Shown: positions 8,717 through 18,975, counted from the stretch's first letter. The stretch is DNA of 64,000 bases from Caldilineae bacterium (GCA_020634555.1 JACKBK010000006.1:64373-128372); one strand, 5' to 3'. The notes: generated by a model from the sequence alone, not told the origin. Translations and numbers: made by a program.

Positions 8717-9420
8717 AAGCCGTCATTTTGGCCGGTGGGAAAGGGCGACGGCTGCGGCCCTACACCACCGTGCTGCCCAAGCCGCTGATGCCGCTGGGCG
8801 AGATGCCCATCGTCGAGGTCGTGCTGCGCCAACTGGCCGCCAACGGCTTCCGCGAGGTAACACTGGCCGTCGGCTATCTGGCCGAACTGATGATGGCTTA
8901 TTGCGGCGATGGCAGCAAGTTCGGCCTGCGGTTGCGCTACTCGCGCGAGGAAGAGCCACTGGGCACCGCCGGCCCGCTGGCATTGATCGAAGGGCTGACC
9001 GACACCACACTGGTGATGAACGGCGATGTGCTGACCACCCTTGACATGCGGGCAATGGTGGCGCGCCATCGCACCAGCGGCGCGGTAGCCACCATCGCCA
9101 CCCACCGCCGCCAGCATCAGATCAACTACGGCATTATCGAGAGCGACGGCGCCAATCGTGTCACCGCCTATATCGAGAAGCCGACGCACCACTATCAGGT
9201 CAGCATGGGACTCTATCTGCTGGAGCCGGCCGTGCTGGCGCGCATCGCACCCGGCGAATACCTGGACCTCCCCGACCTCGTGCGCCAACTGATGGCCGAT
9301 GGCCAACCGGTGATGGCCTATCCATTCGATGGCTACTGGCGAGACATCGGCCGCCACGACGACTACGAGCAGGCCGTTGAGGAGTTCGAGACCATGCAGG
9401 CGCAGTTGCTGCCTGGCTGA
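8713..9420 (+). CDS. Sugar-1-phosphate nucleotidyltransferase (NTP_transferase family)
   Basis: MKAVILAGGKGRRLRPYTTVLPKPLMPLGEMPI is the canonical G-x-G-x-R-L pyrophosphorylase signature. ATGA overlap with the upstream gene. Confidence 0.85.
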   Translation: MKAVILAGGKGRRLRPYTTVLPKPLMPLGEMPIVEVVLRQLAANGFREVTLAVGYLAELMMAYCGDGSKFGLRLRYSREEEPLGTAGPLALIEGLTDTTLVMNGDVLTTLDMRAMVARHRTSGAVATIATHRRQHQINYGIIESDGANRVTAYIEKPTHHYQVSMGLYLLEPAVLARIAPGEYLDLPDLVRQLMADGQPVMAYPFDGYWRDIGRHDDYEQAVEEFETMQAQLLPG

Positions 9421-9450
9421 AGGCACTATGTCCAGTGAGTTGACTGCAAT

Positions 9451-10935
9451 ATGAGCAACAACCTGGCGCGGCGCAGCATAGCGTCTGTCGGCTGGAACGC
9501 GGGCGCCAGCGTGATCACAATCACAGTCTTGTTTGTGCGGTCGGTGTTGCTGGCGCGCCTGCTGCCGGTGGATGTGTTCGGTGTCTATGCCGGTGTGGGC
9601 GCGCTGATCGCGTTGACCGTCGTGCTACCAAACTTCGGAATGGGCGCCGCATTCCTGCACCGCGCGCCGGAGACGGAGGACGAGGAACGCGCAGCCGCCG
9701 TACACTTCACGCTGAAGCTGATTTTCACACTGCTCTGGGCCGCGGCGATGATTGCGTGGGGGCTGATTTTTACGCAGGGACAAACGCGCACAACACTGAT
9801 AGTGGTGACGATTGCCACAGCCGGCATCCAGCTTGCCCAGACCCCGGATCTGATCCTGACGCGGCGCGTGGTGCATCGGCGACTGGCACTGCTGCAAAGC
9901 GCTACAGCGATTTCGACGACACTGGTAGCTGTCTTTCTTGCCTGGCGCGGCGTGACGTTGTGGGCGCTGCTGGCGACAGATATTGTCACCCTGGTGGTGA
10001 CGCTGGTGATGCTTTACGTATGGCGGCCGGTGTGGCGGCCGCGGCTGGCTTGGGTGCCGGATGTCGTGCGCTATTATCTGCGCTTCGGCAGCAAGGTAGT
10101 GACCTCGGTTGGGTTGCTGCAAGCGCTGAACAACGTGGACGATCTGTGGACTCGCTACTATCTTGGCACCACCGCGATGGGCTACTACTCACGCGCCTAC
10201 ACCTTCGCCACGTATCCGCGGCGTGTGCTTGCCGGTCCGGTCAACGATGTCGCCGGCGGCACCTACGCTGAGCTCAAGCGCGATCGGCGGCGATTGTCGC
10301 AGGCGTTCTTTCGGTCGAATGCACTGCTGGTGCGGACCGGCTTTTTCATGGGCGGCGTGCTGGCTTTGATCGCGCCCGAACTGGTGATGATCCTGCTGGG
10401 AGAGAAATGGCTGCCAATGCTCCAGGCATTCCGGCTCATGTTGGTCTTCACCCTGCTCGACCCGATCAAGCTGACAGTCGGCAACCTGTTTGTGGCGGTG
10501 GGCCAGCCTGAGCTTCTGATTCGGACCCGGCTTGTGCAACTGGCAGTGCTTGTAATCGGTTTGTATACTCTCGGTTTTCGGCTGGGCATTACCGGTGTTG
10601 CGCTGGTCGTTGATGTGATGCTGATCGTCGGCATGGTGGTTTTGTTTCACCAAGCGCGTGTTCATGTCGATTATTCCTTGCGACAACTTTTCGCTGTTCC
10701 GACCCTGGCGTTGATTCTGGGACTGGCTGCCGGCGCCGGCGCCATGTTACTGGCTGGCGATCAGGCCACCGCCAACCTGTTGATGGCCGTGTTGAAGGGC
10801 GGCGCCTTTTCGGTGGTCTTCGTCGCCGTTCTCTGGATATTCGAACATCGCCAGCTTACGTCCATGGCCATTCAAATAGGCATACGTCTGCCGTGGCTGT
10901 CGTTGGGTCGCTCACGCCCTGACGACGCCGAGTGA
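9451..10935 (+). CDS. Polysaccharide flippase (Wzx-like, MOP superfamily)
   Basis: 494 aa with about 12-14 hydrophobic helices. It is located inside the glycan locus and has the typical Wzx N-terminus (...SVGWNAGASVITITVLFVRSVLLARLL). Confidence 0.75.
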   Translation: MSNNLARRSIASVGWNAGASVITITVLFVRSVLLARLLPVDVFGVYAGVGALIALTVVLPNFGMGAAFLHRAPETEDEERAAAVHFTLKLIFTLLWAAAMIAWGLIFTQGQTRTTLIVVTIATAGIQLAQTPDLILTRRVVHRRLALLQSATAISTTLVAVFLAWRGVTLWALLATDIVTLVVTLVMLYVWRPVWRPRLAWVPDVVRYYLRFGSKVVTSVGLLQALNNVDDLWTRYYLGTTAMGYYSRAYTFATYPRRVLAGPVNDVAGGTYAELKRDRRRLSQAFFRSNALLVRTGFFMGGVLALIAPELVMILLGEKWLPMLQAFRLMLVFTLLDPIKLTVGNLFVAVGQPELLIRTRLVQLAVLVIGLYTLGFRLGITGVALVVDVMLIVGMVVLFHQARVHVDYSLRQLFAVPTLALILGLAAGAGAMLLAGDQATANLLMAVLKGGAFSVVFVAVLWIFEHRQLTSMAIQIGIRLPWLSLGRSRPDDAE

Positions 10936-10945
10936 CCGCGCAAGA

Positions 10946-11815
10946 TTGTCGCAGTTGCCCGCCAAATTCAGAGACATCATGATAATCACCGATCGCTTTG
11001 TAGCCATCAACCTTCCAAAGACCGGCAGCAGCTTTGTCCGCCGTGTGCTGAAGCAGCTACACAGCTACGAGGCGGTGCATAACCGGTTGTTGCGATGGGC
11101 TGGCCTCGCCGATCGCTCGGGCATGGTTGAACTGATCCTTCCGGTCATCGACCGCCAGTATCCGCCCAACCGAACCGGGCAACACGGGACTGTGCGCCAA
11201 ATCCCCGGATCGCATCGGGATGGGCCGATTATGAGCGTGGTGCGCAACCCGCTGGAACGCTATGTCTCTACCTACCGGTTTGGATGGTGGAAGAAAAACC
11301 CACACGCACCTGTCGAGGAACTGCTTCAGGTGTATCCATCCTATCCTGATCTTGCCTTCGGCGAGTATATAGAGATGATGAACACGTTCGGCAAGCGAAA
11401 CCGGTTGGGCGATATGCAACCACGCACTGATGTTGGATTTCAGACGATCCAGTTCTTGCAGTTTTTCTGTGAAGACCCAAAGCGTTTGCTCTCCAATTTG
11501 AACGATGACGCGGTTGAGCAACAACACTATCGGGAGGCGCTGGCCGAAGTGACCTTCCTGCACCAGGAGAGGTTGAACGAAGAACTGCACGACTTTCTCG
11601 TCAAGAGTGGTTATCCGGAGGAAGACGTAGCGTTTGTCCTGCAAGCCAGGCCGGTAAACGTTACCCCTGGCAAAGCAGGCAAGGTGGACCTTGCAGCACA
11701 CTATTCCGGAGCTTTGGCAAGACAGGTGATTCAGCAAGAGCGGGTGCTTTTCGATCTCTTCCCTGAATACCGCGCCCCGGCCCAGAACCTGCTGGAGTTG
11801 CGCGGTGGAATCTGA
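10946..11815 (+). CDS. Sulfotransferase-like protein (family-2 type); alternative start ATG 10979
   Basis: A 5'-PSB-like INLPKTGSSFVRRVL and a 3'-PB-like VVRNPLERYVSTY. The gene looks clearly AT-richer than its flanking genes. Confidence 0.6.
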   Translation: MSQLPAKFRDIMIITDRFVAINLPKTGSSFVRRVLKQLHSYEAVHNRLLRWAGLADRSGMVELILPVIDRQYPPNRTGQHGTVRQIPGSHRDGPIMSVVRNPLERYVSTYRFGWWKKNPHAPVEELLQVYPSYPDLAFGEYIEMMNTFGKRNRLGDMQPRTDVGFQTIQFLQFFCEDPKRLLSNLNDDAVEQQHYREALAEVTFLHQERLNEELHDFLVKSGYPEEDVAFVLQARPVNVTPGKAGKVDLAAHYSGALARQVIQQERVLFDLFPEYRAPAQNLLELRGGI

Positions 11816-12743
11816 ACTGCTGGGCTACCAGCACCGCGCCTACGCCGAGGCGCTTAGCGGCCTCGGCACACCGCTCTTCCTGCCGCGCAGCCGGGGCTGG
11901 CTGCTGCAACGCACCATTCCCGGCACTGGTATGCGCGACGCTATGGGCGTCTACCCGCTGTTCTCGTGTGCCAACTGGGACGCGCTGGGCGATGATCTGG
12001 ATGCGCTGGCTGGCCGGCTGGTCAGCACAGTGCTGGTGGCCGATCCCTTCGGCGAATACAGCAACGACCAGTTGCAGCGGTGGTTCCCCGACGTGATGCG
12101 ACCGTTCAAGGAGCATTTCGTCGTCGATCTGAGTCGCGACCCGGCTACCTTCGTCGCAAAAAACCATCGCCGTAACGCGCGCAAGGCGCTGCAAGTCGTG
12201 ACAGTGTCGCGCTGTCTGCCTGTTGAGCAGTGGGCTGGCCAGTGGACTGCGCTCTACCGGTTGCTGGTACAGAAACACAAGATACGCGGCCCCGCAGCTT
12301 TTTCAGACCGGTCGTTGACGGCGCAACTGCGCGTGCCCGGGCTGGTCGCCTGGCGGGCCGAGGCAAGCGGCGAGACGGTGGGCATGGTTCTCTGGTACGT
12401 GCAGGGCGATGTCGGCTATTATCACCTGGCGGCCTACAGCGATGCCGGCTACCGGCTGCGGGCTTCCTTTGCCCTCTTCTGGCGCTCGCTGGCGTATTTC
12501 GCGGCCGGCGGTCTGCGTTGGCTGAACCTGGGCGCGGGCGCGGGTCTGGAAGCGGCCGAGGATGGACTGACCCGCTTCAAGCGCGGTTGGTCCACAGGCA
12601 CGCGTACGGCGATGTTGTGTGGTCGGGTTTTTGACCGCACCAAGTATGATGCGCTGACCAACGTCCGCCAGATCGGAGCAACCTCCTATTTCCCGGCCTA
12701 CCGGCTGAACGAATTTACCCAAACGGAGCCAGAAACCGCTTGA
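11805..12743 (+). CDS. FemAB/GNAT-like acyl- or aminoacyl-transferase (BioF2-like acetyltransferase domain)
   Basis: ...GYYHLAAYSDAGYRLRASFALFWRSLAYFAAGGLRWLNLGAGAG...GLTRFKRGWSTG resembles the FemAB-type GNAT C-terminal module (the ..FK.G.. motif). GTG start overlaps the upstream gene. Confidence 0.5.
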   Translation: MESELLGYQHRAYAEALSGLGTPLFLPRSRGWLLQRTIPGTGMRDAMGVYPLFSCANWDALGDDLDALAGRLVSTVLVADPFGEYSNDQLQRWFPDVMRPFKEHFVVDLSRDPATFVAKNHRRNARKALQVVTVSRCLPVEQWAGQWTALYRLLVQKHKIRGPAAFSDRSLTAQLRVPGLVAWRAEASGETVGMVLWYVQGDVGYYHLAAYSDAGYRLRASFALFWRSLAYFAAGGLRWLNLGAGAGLEAAEDGLTRFKRGWSTGTRTAMLCGRVFDRTKYDALTNVRQIGATSYFPAYRLNEFTQTEPETA

Positions 12744-12796
12744 GAAGTCCTCCCAGACTGAAGTCTCCTGGCCACTTTTCAAACAGTTTGTCAGCA

Positions 12797-13807
12797 ATGC
12801 AACCAGTACGACAACCACAACACCAACGCAACCCACAGTTAGAAACGCTGCTGCAAGAGATCAGCGGGCTGCTTGGCCCCGCAGAACAGCAGGTAGCAGC
12901 GCAGTACAGAATGCCAACCCACCCGGTGGTACTCGTCATGGGACTGCCTCGCTGCGGTTCGACCCTGACCATGCAGTGGCTGGCGGCCTCCGGACGTTTC
13001 GCCTATCCCAGTAACCTGCTGTCGCGCTTCTACGCCGCGCCCTATGTGGGCGTCAGAATCCAGCAACTGCTGACTGACCCGGCATTCAGTTTTGGCAACG
13101 AGCTGCACGACCTGGCAGCCAGCATTGATTTTGCGTCAACCCTGGGAAAGACCCGCGGCGCGCTGGCGCCCAACGAGTTCTGGTACTTCTGGCGCCGCTT
13201 CATCCCAAACATCGAGCCGCGCCGGTTGACAGACGAGGAACTGGCAGAGGTTCGCTCGTCTGAGTTCGCCGCAGAACTGGCCGCGCTGGAAGCGGCCTTT
13301 GGCAAACCGCTGGCCATGAAAGGGCTGATCCTCGCGCTGAACATTTCCTTTCTCGACCAACTGCTGGACAAGGTGCTCTTCTTGCACCTGCGGCGCCATC
13401 CCTTCTATAATATTCAGTCGTTGCTGGAGTCCCGGGAGCGCTACTACGGCGACCGGGCCGGCTGGTATTCGATCAAGCCGCCAGAGTATGACTGGCTGGT
13501 GGGCGAGGACCCCATCACCCAGGTAGTAGGTCAGGTGGTCTTCACCCACCAGGCCATGGCCGCTGACCTGGCGCAGATCGACGCCGCGCGGCAGCTTGCC
13601 GTCAGCTACGAAGCATTCTGCGCCGATCCTGCCGGCGTGTGGGATCAACTCACCGGTCGCCTGCGAGCGCAGGGTTTGGACGCTGATTGGCCGTATGACG
13701 GGCCGGATCGGTTTCCAGACACCAACCAGGTGCGCCTGCCGGCCGGCGATGTACAGGCGATCCTCGACGCGTACCGGCGCTTCACCGGCGAGCAACTTGC
13801 ACTATGA
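12797..13807 (+). CDS. Sulfotransferase-like protein
   Basis: The track ORF starts at 12740 (TTG). I prefer ATG 12797. It has a 5'-PSB P-loop VVLVMGLPRCGSTLTMQWL and a 3'-PB-like VLFLHLRRHPFYNIQSL. Confidence 0.65.
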   Translation: MQPVRQPQHQRNPQLETLLQEISGLLGPAEQQVAAQYRMPTHPVVLVMGLPRCGSTLTMQWLAASGRFAYPSNLLSRFYAAPYVGVRIQQLLTDPAFSFGNELHDLAASIDFASTLGKTRGALAPNEFWYFWRRFIPNIEPRRLTDEELAEVRSSEFAAELAALEAAFGKPLAMKGLILALNISFLDQLLDKVLFLHLRRHPFYNIQSLLESRERYYGDRAGWYSIKPPEYDWLVGEDPITQVVGQVVFTHQAMAADLAQIDAARQLAVSYEAFCADPAGVWDQLTGRLRAQGLDADWPYDGPDRFPDTNQVRLPAGDVQAILDAYRRFTGEQLAL

Positions 13808-15018
13808 CCAAGCAGTTTGTGACCGACCTGGCCGTTTTCGGCGGCCCACCCGCCTTCACCGAGGTGCTGCACGTCGGCCGGCCCAACATCGGCGATCGCG
13901 ACCGCCTGCTGGCGCGCATCGACGAAATGCTGGACCGCCGCTGGCTGACCAACCATGGCCCCTTTGTCGCGGAGCTTGAGGCAAAGCTGGCTGCATTTCT
14001 GGGCGTCAAACACGTCATCGCCATGTGCAACGGCACCGTCGCGCTGGAGATCGCCGCTCGCGCGCTGGGACTGAACGGCGAGGTTATCGTGCCCGCGTTT
14101 ACCTTTGTTGCGACGGCCCACGCCTTGCAGTGGCAGGAGATCACACCCGTGTTCTGCGACGTGGACCCGCAAACCCACCTGCTGGACCCGGCGCGGGTCG
14201 AGGCGATGATCACGCCGCGCACCAGCGGCATCGTGGGCGTCCACCTTTGGGGGCAGCCTTGCAACGTAGATGCGCTGGCCGAGATTGCACAACGACGTGG
14301 TCTACGGCTGCTCTACGACGCCGCCCATGCGTTTGCCTGTTCACGCGATCAGCGAATGATCGGCAACTTCGGTGACGCCGAGGTGTTCAGTTTCCACGCC
14401 ACCAAGTTCTTCAACACCTTCGAGGGCGGCGCGGTGGCCACCAACGACGACGACCTGGCGCAGCGCATCCGGCTCATGCAGAACTTCGGCTTCACCGGCC
14501 TGGACACTGTGGTGTACATCGGTGTCAACGGCAAGATGAGCGAAGTGTCGGCGGCCATGGGGCTGACGGGGCTGGAGGGACTGGACACTTTCGTGGCCGC
14601 CAACCGGCGCAACTACGACTGCTACGCGGCTGCACTGGCCGGTGTTCCCGGGCTGCGGATGCTGCGCTACGACAGGCAGGAGCACCAGAACTACCAGTAC
14701 ATCGTGCTCGAAGTGGACGAAGCGGCCGGCATCAGCCGCGATGTTCTGGTACGCGTGTTACACGCCGAAAACGTGCGCGCCCGGCGTTATTTCTATCCCG
14801 GCGTCCACCGGATGGAGCCGTATCGTTCCTATTTTCCGCACGCCGGCCTGTTATTGCCGGTCACGGAAAGGCTGGCCGGGCAGGTATTGGTGCTCCCCAC
14901 CGGAACCGCTGTGTCACCGGACGACATTGCCCAGATCGCCCAGCTCATCGCGTTTGCCGTAGCCAACGGCCCGGCCATCAGTCGGGAGTTGAACCGGTTG
15001 GAAAAGAGCGCCGCATGA
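13804..15018 (+). CDS. DegT/DnrJ/EryC1/StrS-family sugar aminotransferase (second copy)
   Basis: ...IAMCNGTVALEIAARAL..., ...VPAFTFVATAHAL... and ...FSFHATKFFNTFEGGAV. ATGA overlap with the upstream gene. Confidence 0.9.
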   Translation: MTKQFVTDLAVFGGPPAFTEVLHVGRPNIGDRDRLLARIDEMLDRRWLTNHGPFVAELEAKLAAFLGVKHVIAMCNGTVALEIAARALGLNGEVIVPAFTFVATAHALQWQEITPVFCDVDPQTHLLDPARVEAMITPRTSGIVGVHLWGQPCNVDALAEIAQRRGLRLLYDAAHAFACSRDQRMIGNFGDAEVFSFHATKFFNTFEGGAVATNDDDLAQRIRLMQNFGFTGLDTVVYIGVNGKMSEVSAAMGLTGLEGLDTFVAANRRNYDCYAAALAGVPGLRMLRYDRQEHQNYQYIVLEVDEAAGISRDVLVRVLHAENVRARRYFYPGVHRMEPYRSYFPHAGLLLPVTERLAGQVLVLPTGTAVSPDDIAQIAQLIAFAVANGPAISRELNRLEKSAA

Positions 15019-15926
15019 GCGTCAAGGTCAGCGTCCTGACGACGACCTACAACCACGAGCGGTTCATCGCCCAGAACATCATCGGCGTGCTGGCGCAGCA
15101 GACCAATTTCGCGGTAGAGCACATCATCGGCGAGGACTGCTCCACCGACGGCACGCGGGCTGTAGTGGAGCATTTCCAGCAGCAACGGCCCGACATCGTC
15201 AAGCCGATCCTGCGCCCGCGCAACGTCGGCCGGCGCGCCAACTTCATCGAATGCTTCCACACCTGCCAGGGTGACTACATCGCCATCGTGGAAGGAGACG
15301 ACTACTGGACGGCGTCGGACAAACTGCAAGCACAGGCCGATTTCCTGGACGCCAACCCGGATCACGCAATTTGCTTCCATGCACTTGAGCACCGCTACGA
15401 GGATAAATCACAGCTGCCACGGATCAATCGGCGGGAACAGGCGCGCTATTCGCTGCGCGATCTGCTGGACAGCAACTTTATCCCGACCTGCACGGTGATG
15501 TTCCGCAACCACCTGTTCGATGAGTTTCCCGCCTGGTTCAACGATGTGCCGGCCGGCGACTGGCCGCTGCACATGCTCAATGCACAGCATGGCGACATCG
15601 GCTACATCGACGACGTGATGGCGGTCCACCGGACGCACAGCGGCGGTGTCTGGTCGCCCAAGCCAGCCTCCGAACGCCGGCAAAGCATGGTGTCGATCCT
15701 GGAAACATTCCGCGACAATCTCGATCCGCGCTATCGCCCGATTTTGGAACAGAACATCGCGCGCTGGCAGTTCAAGGTGCTCAACGCGCTGCTGGTCGAA
15801 GGACGGTACACAGCCGCGGGACGTTACGGGCTGGATCTGCTACTTCGCCCTGACGTGCCGCGGGTCGAGGTGTTGCGCGCCGCTGGCTGGTCAAGCCAGG
15901 CGCGCAGACTTCGGACTGCGTCATAG
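15015..15926 (+). CDS. Glycosyltransferase family 2
   Basis: VSVLTTTYNHERFIAQNIIGVLAQ...IIGEDCSTDGT...YIAIVEGDDYW (GT-A fold, with an EGDD acidic D-x-D-type motif). Confidence 0.85.
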   Translation: MSVKVSVLTTTYNHERFIAQNIIGVLAQQTNFAVEHIIGEDCSTDGTRAVVEHFQQQRPDIVKPILRPRNVGRRANFIECFHTCQGDYIAIVEGDDYWTASDKLQAQADFLDANPDHAICFHALEHRYEDKSQLPRINRREQARYSLRDLLDSNFIPTCTVMFRNHLFDEFPAWFNDVPAGDWPLHMLNAQHGDIGYIDDVMAVHRTHSGGVWSPKPASERRQSMVSILETFRDNLDPRYRPILEQNIARWQFKVLNALLVEGRYTAAGRYGLDLLLRPDVPRVEVLRAAGWSSQARRLRTAS

Positions 15927-15935
15927 GAGCGTCCC

Positions 15936-17087
15936 ATGCGACTGTGCGTTATCTCCAATCCCAACAGCATCCACACCCACCGCTGGGTGGATTACTTTGT
16001 TGGCCGCGGCCACGAAGTTACCCTGATCGGTGACCTGCCGCTGCGCCGCGCCGCGCCGGTGGGTGTTGACTACGTTGACCTGCCTGGCAGGCAACGCGGC
16101 GGCAAGATGCGTTACGCCGGCTGGGCGCGTTCTGTGCGCCGCATCGTGCGCGAGCTGCGTCCTGATGTGCTGCACGCCCACTACATTGCCAGCACCGGTT
16201 GGTTGGGCGCAGCGGCCGGTTACCATCCGTTTCTGGTGACCGCCTGGGGGTCCGACCTGTTGGTTAACGCGCAGCGCTCTGTCGTGCAGCGCCAGTTGGC
16301 GCGCTGGGTGCTACGCAGCGCCGACTACGTTACCTGCGTCTCAGAAAACCTGGCGACGGTAGCCCAGCAACTGGGCGCCGATCCGGGACGACTGGAGGTG
16401 GCGCCGTGGGGCGTCGATACCGAGGTGTTCCGTGCCGCTGACGACCGCGATGTGCTGCGCGGCAAACTGGGAATAGAGCAAGCTTTGACAGTGATGAGCA
16501 TCCGCTCGATCAAGCCGGTCTACAACCCACTGGTTATCGCCGACGCGTTTGGGTTGGTGGCGCAGCAGGAGCCAGCCGCCCGCTTCATCGTCCGCACCCA
16601 CAACTCCAATCCTGATTTGCTGGCAGCGTTTCGACGGCGAATCGACAGCGCCGGGGCGGCCAGATCGGTAAGCTACACTGGCGATCTGGCCGATGACCGT
16701 GCGATCGCCGAAGGCTATGCAGCATCTGACATCGCTGTCTCCGTGCCCTCATCGGATGGGACGCCTTCCTCTGTACTGGAGGCTATGGCCTGCGGCGCGG
16801 TGCCCGTGTTAAGCGACTTGCCTTCCCTGCACGAGTGGGTCAGCGACGGGCAGGATGGACTGTTCGTTCCCGTCGGTGACGCCGGTGCGCTGGCCGCTGC
16901 GATTCTGCGGCTGGTGTGGGACAAGGAGCTGCGTAGCCGGCTGCAAGCAAACAGCGCAGCCACGATTCGCTCCCGTGGCGATCGCACCCACCTGATGCGG
17001 CGGGCCGAGGAGATCTACGAGACACTGGCAGCCGGCAAGAATCCGTGGCCTGCCGGTCCAGAAGTTCAACTTTTCGGAAAAAGTTGA
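15936..17087 (+). CDS. Glycosyltransferase family 4
   Basis: [21 protein letters not shown]... and the C-terminal ...[44 protein letters not shown]. The last 9 codons (EVQLFGKS) and the stop lie inside hairpin repeat copy 4. Confidence 0.8.
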   Translation: MRLCVISNPNSIHTHRWVDYFVGRGHEVTLIGDLPLRRAAPVGVDYVDLPGRQRGGKMRYAGWARSVRRIVRELRPDVLHAHYIASTGWLGAAAGYHPFLVTAWGSDLLVNAQRSVVQRQLARWVLRSADYVTCVSENLATVAQQLGADPGRLEVAPWGVDTEVFRAADDRDVLRGKLGIEQALTVMSIRSIKPVYNPLVIADAFGLVAQQEPAARFIVRTHNSNPDLLAAFRRRIDSAGAARSVSYTGDLADDRAIAEGYAASDIAVSVPSSDGTPSSVLEAMACGAVPVLSDLPSLHEWVSDGQDGLFVPVGDAGALAAAILRLVWDKELRSRLQANSAATIRSRGDRTHLMRRAEEIYETLAAGKNPWPAGPEVQLFGKS

Positions 17088-17093
17088 ACTTCT
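17060..17093. repeat. Hairpin repeat family copy 4 (agaagttcaac-ttttcggaaaaa-gttgaacttct)
   Basis: A palindrome that overlaps the 3' end and TGA (17085-17087) of the GT4 gene. Confidence 0.9.
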
Positions 17094-17118
17094 GGGCGGC
17101 GCCGCAAGAGAACCCGCT

Positions 17119-17646
17119 ATGACACGCTCACCCACCTACTGGTTTCATCGAATCCTCTACAACGCCAGCAACCTGCCGCGGTTCGACGCCGTCAAGCGCT
17201 GGCGCGGCAGGCACTACAGCGCGCTTATGCGCAGCGCGGGCAAGAATCTGAACGTCGACGCGGGCGTCAAGATATTCAATCCCGCCAACGTCTCGGTAGG
17301 CGACAACTGCTTCATCGGTGCAGGCACACGGCTGTACGCCTGGAACGAACGCATCACCATTGGCAACGATGTGATGATCGCCGCCGACGTGCTGATGATC
17401 ACCCGCAACCACGGCCACCAGCGAACCGACATCCCCATGACCCGCCAGGGATACACCAACGCGCCCATCATTATCGAGGACGACGTGTGGATCGGCTTCC
17501 GCGCCGTGGTGCTGGCCGGCGTGACCATCGGCCGCGGCAGCATCGTTGGCTCAGGCGCGGTGGTGACCAAGGATGTCGCGCCCTACAGTGTCATCGGCGG
17601 CGTGCCGGCGCGCGTCATCAGGAGCAGGGTGGACACTGATCGGTAA
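17119..17646 (+). CDS. Hexapeptide-repeat O-acetyltransferase (maltose/galactoside/WcaF-like)
   Basis: ...[39 protein letters not shown]... and ...[49 protein letters not shown]. Confidence 0.8.
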   Translation: MTRSPTYWFHRILYNASNLPRFDAVKRWRGRHYSALMRSAGKNLNVDAGVKIFNPANVSVGDNCFIGAGTRLYAWNERITIGNDVMIAADVLMITRNHGHQRTDIPMTRQGYTNAPIIIEDDVWIGFRAVVLAGVTIGRGSIVGSGAVVTKDVAPYSVIGGVPARVIRSRVDTDR

Positions 17647-17702
17647 CCAGCCTTGTCCGGTTTCTGATCACGTTTCTCGCTTCACGTTTCACGGTCGAGT
17701 CA

Positions 17703-18911
17703 ATGTCACTCAAGATCTGCATTCTCTCCAGCGTCCACATCGCACTGGATAACCGCGTCTTCTACCGCGAGGCGTGCAGTCTTCAGCGCGCCGGCTATGA
17801 AGTGACGCTGGTCGCCGTCCACGACCGCGAGGAGGTCAAGGAAGGGGTACGCATCGTGCCGCTGCCGCGGGTGCCGCGCTGGCAGCGGCCGTTGCTGTGG
17901 CGCGAGGTACTGCGTCTGGCGCGAGTCGTTGATGCTGATCTCTATCTGTTCCACGACCCGGAACTGCTGCTGCCGACACCGCTGCTCCGTCTACAAACTG
18001 GCGCGCCAACGGTCTACGATGTACACGAAGCGAACGCTGACTTCATCGCGGTCAAGGATTACATGCCGGCTGGGCTGCGTTACCCGGCAGCGTGGATTTT
18101 TGGCTGGCTGGAGCCGCTGCTGGCGCGTTTGCAGAGCGGGCTGATCTTTGCGGACGACCAGATAGCGGAGGATTTTGCCGGCATCGACGTACCGAAAACC
18201 ACGCTATTTAACTTTCCGTCGATAGAGTTTGTGGAGCGAGGGAGTTCTCTCACCCTTGCCCCCTCCCAGAGGGAGAGTGAGACGGAAACGGAAGCGGAGG
18301 CAGGACGAGGGCCGACGGTGCTGTATTTGGGTGGGATGGAACGCAACCGAGGCTCAGGGTTGATGATCGAGGCGTTTGCGCGCGTCCAGCGGGAGATGCC
18401 GGCGGCGCGGCTGTTGGTAGTCGGACATTTCATGCCGCCGGAACTGGAGCAGGAGGTGGCGGAGCACGCAGCGCGGCTGGGGATCGATGACGCGGTGACG
18501 CTGACCGGCCGGGTGCCGTTCGAGAGCATCGGGCGCTATTTGCAACAGGCGACAGTGGGCTGGGTGACGTGGCAGGCCGTTCCCAAGAACCAGAAAAACA
18601 TCCCCACCAAGCTGTTCGAGTACATGGCATTCGGGCTGCCGGTGGTCAGCAGCGATCTGCCATCGACGCGGCCCTTCGTGTACGACGGCGTCAACGGCTA
18701 CCGGGTGCGCGCCGATGATCCGGACGCGCACGCGGCGGCAATCCTGAGCCTGTTGCGCGACCGGGAATACGCCGCGCGGCTAGGCCGCGCCGGGCAGGTA
18801 TTGGTTCAGGAACGATGGAATTGGCAAGAGATGGAGAAGCGGCTGCTGCGGCTGGTTGAGAAGTTGGTTGCCGTGCGCGAAGGAAGTTCGGAAGTCGCCG
18901 ACTGGGATTGA
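17703..18911 (+). CDS. Glycosyltransferase family 4
   Basis: MSLKICILSSVHIALDNRVFYREACSL... and ...TWQAVPKNQKNIPTKLFEYMAFGLPVVSSDLPSTRPFVYDGVNGYRV. An acidic low-complexity insert (SQRESETETEAEAG) sits between the two Rossmann halves. Confidence 0.8.
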   Translation: MSLKICILSSVHIALDNRVFYREACSLQRAGYEVTLVAVHDREEVKEGVRIVPLPRVPRWQRPLLWREVLRLARVVDADLYLFHDPELLLPTPLLRLQTGAPTVYDVHEANADFIAVKDYMPAGLRYPAAWIFGWLEPLLARLQSGLIFADDQIAEDFAGIDVPKTTLFNFPSIEFVERGSSLTLAPSQRESETETEAEAGRGPTVLYLGGMERNRGSGLMIEAFARVQREMPAARLLVVGHFMPPELEQEVAEHAARLGIDDAVTLTGRVPFESIGRYLQQATVGWVTWQAVPKNQKNIPTKLFEYMAFGLPVVSSDLPSTRPFVYDGVNGYRVRADDPDAHAAAILSLLRDREYAARLGRAGQVLVQERWNWQEMEKRLLRLVEKLVAVREGSSEVADWD

Positions 18912-18975
18912 GAGTGAGGTCCGTGCGCTGGGACATGCTCTGTTCTATGCCCGGCAACCGCCGAAGTCTGGCGTC

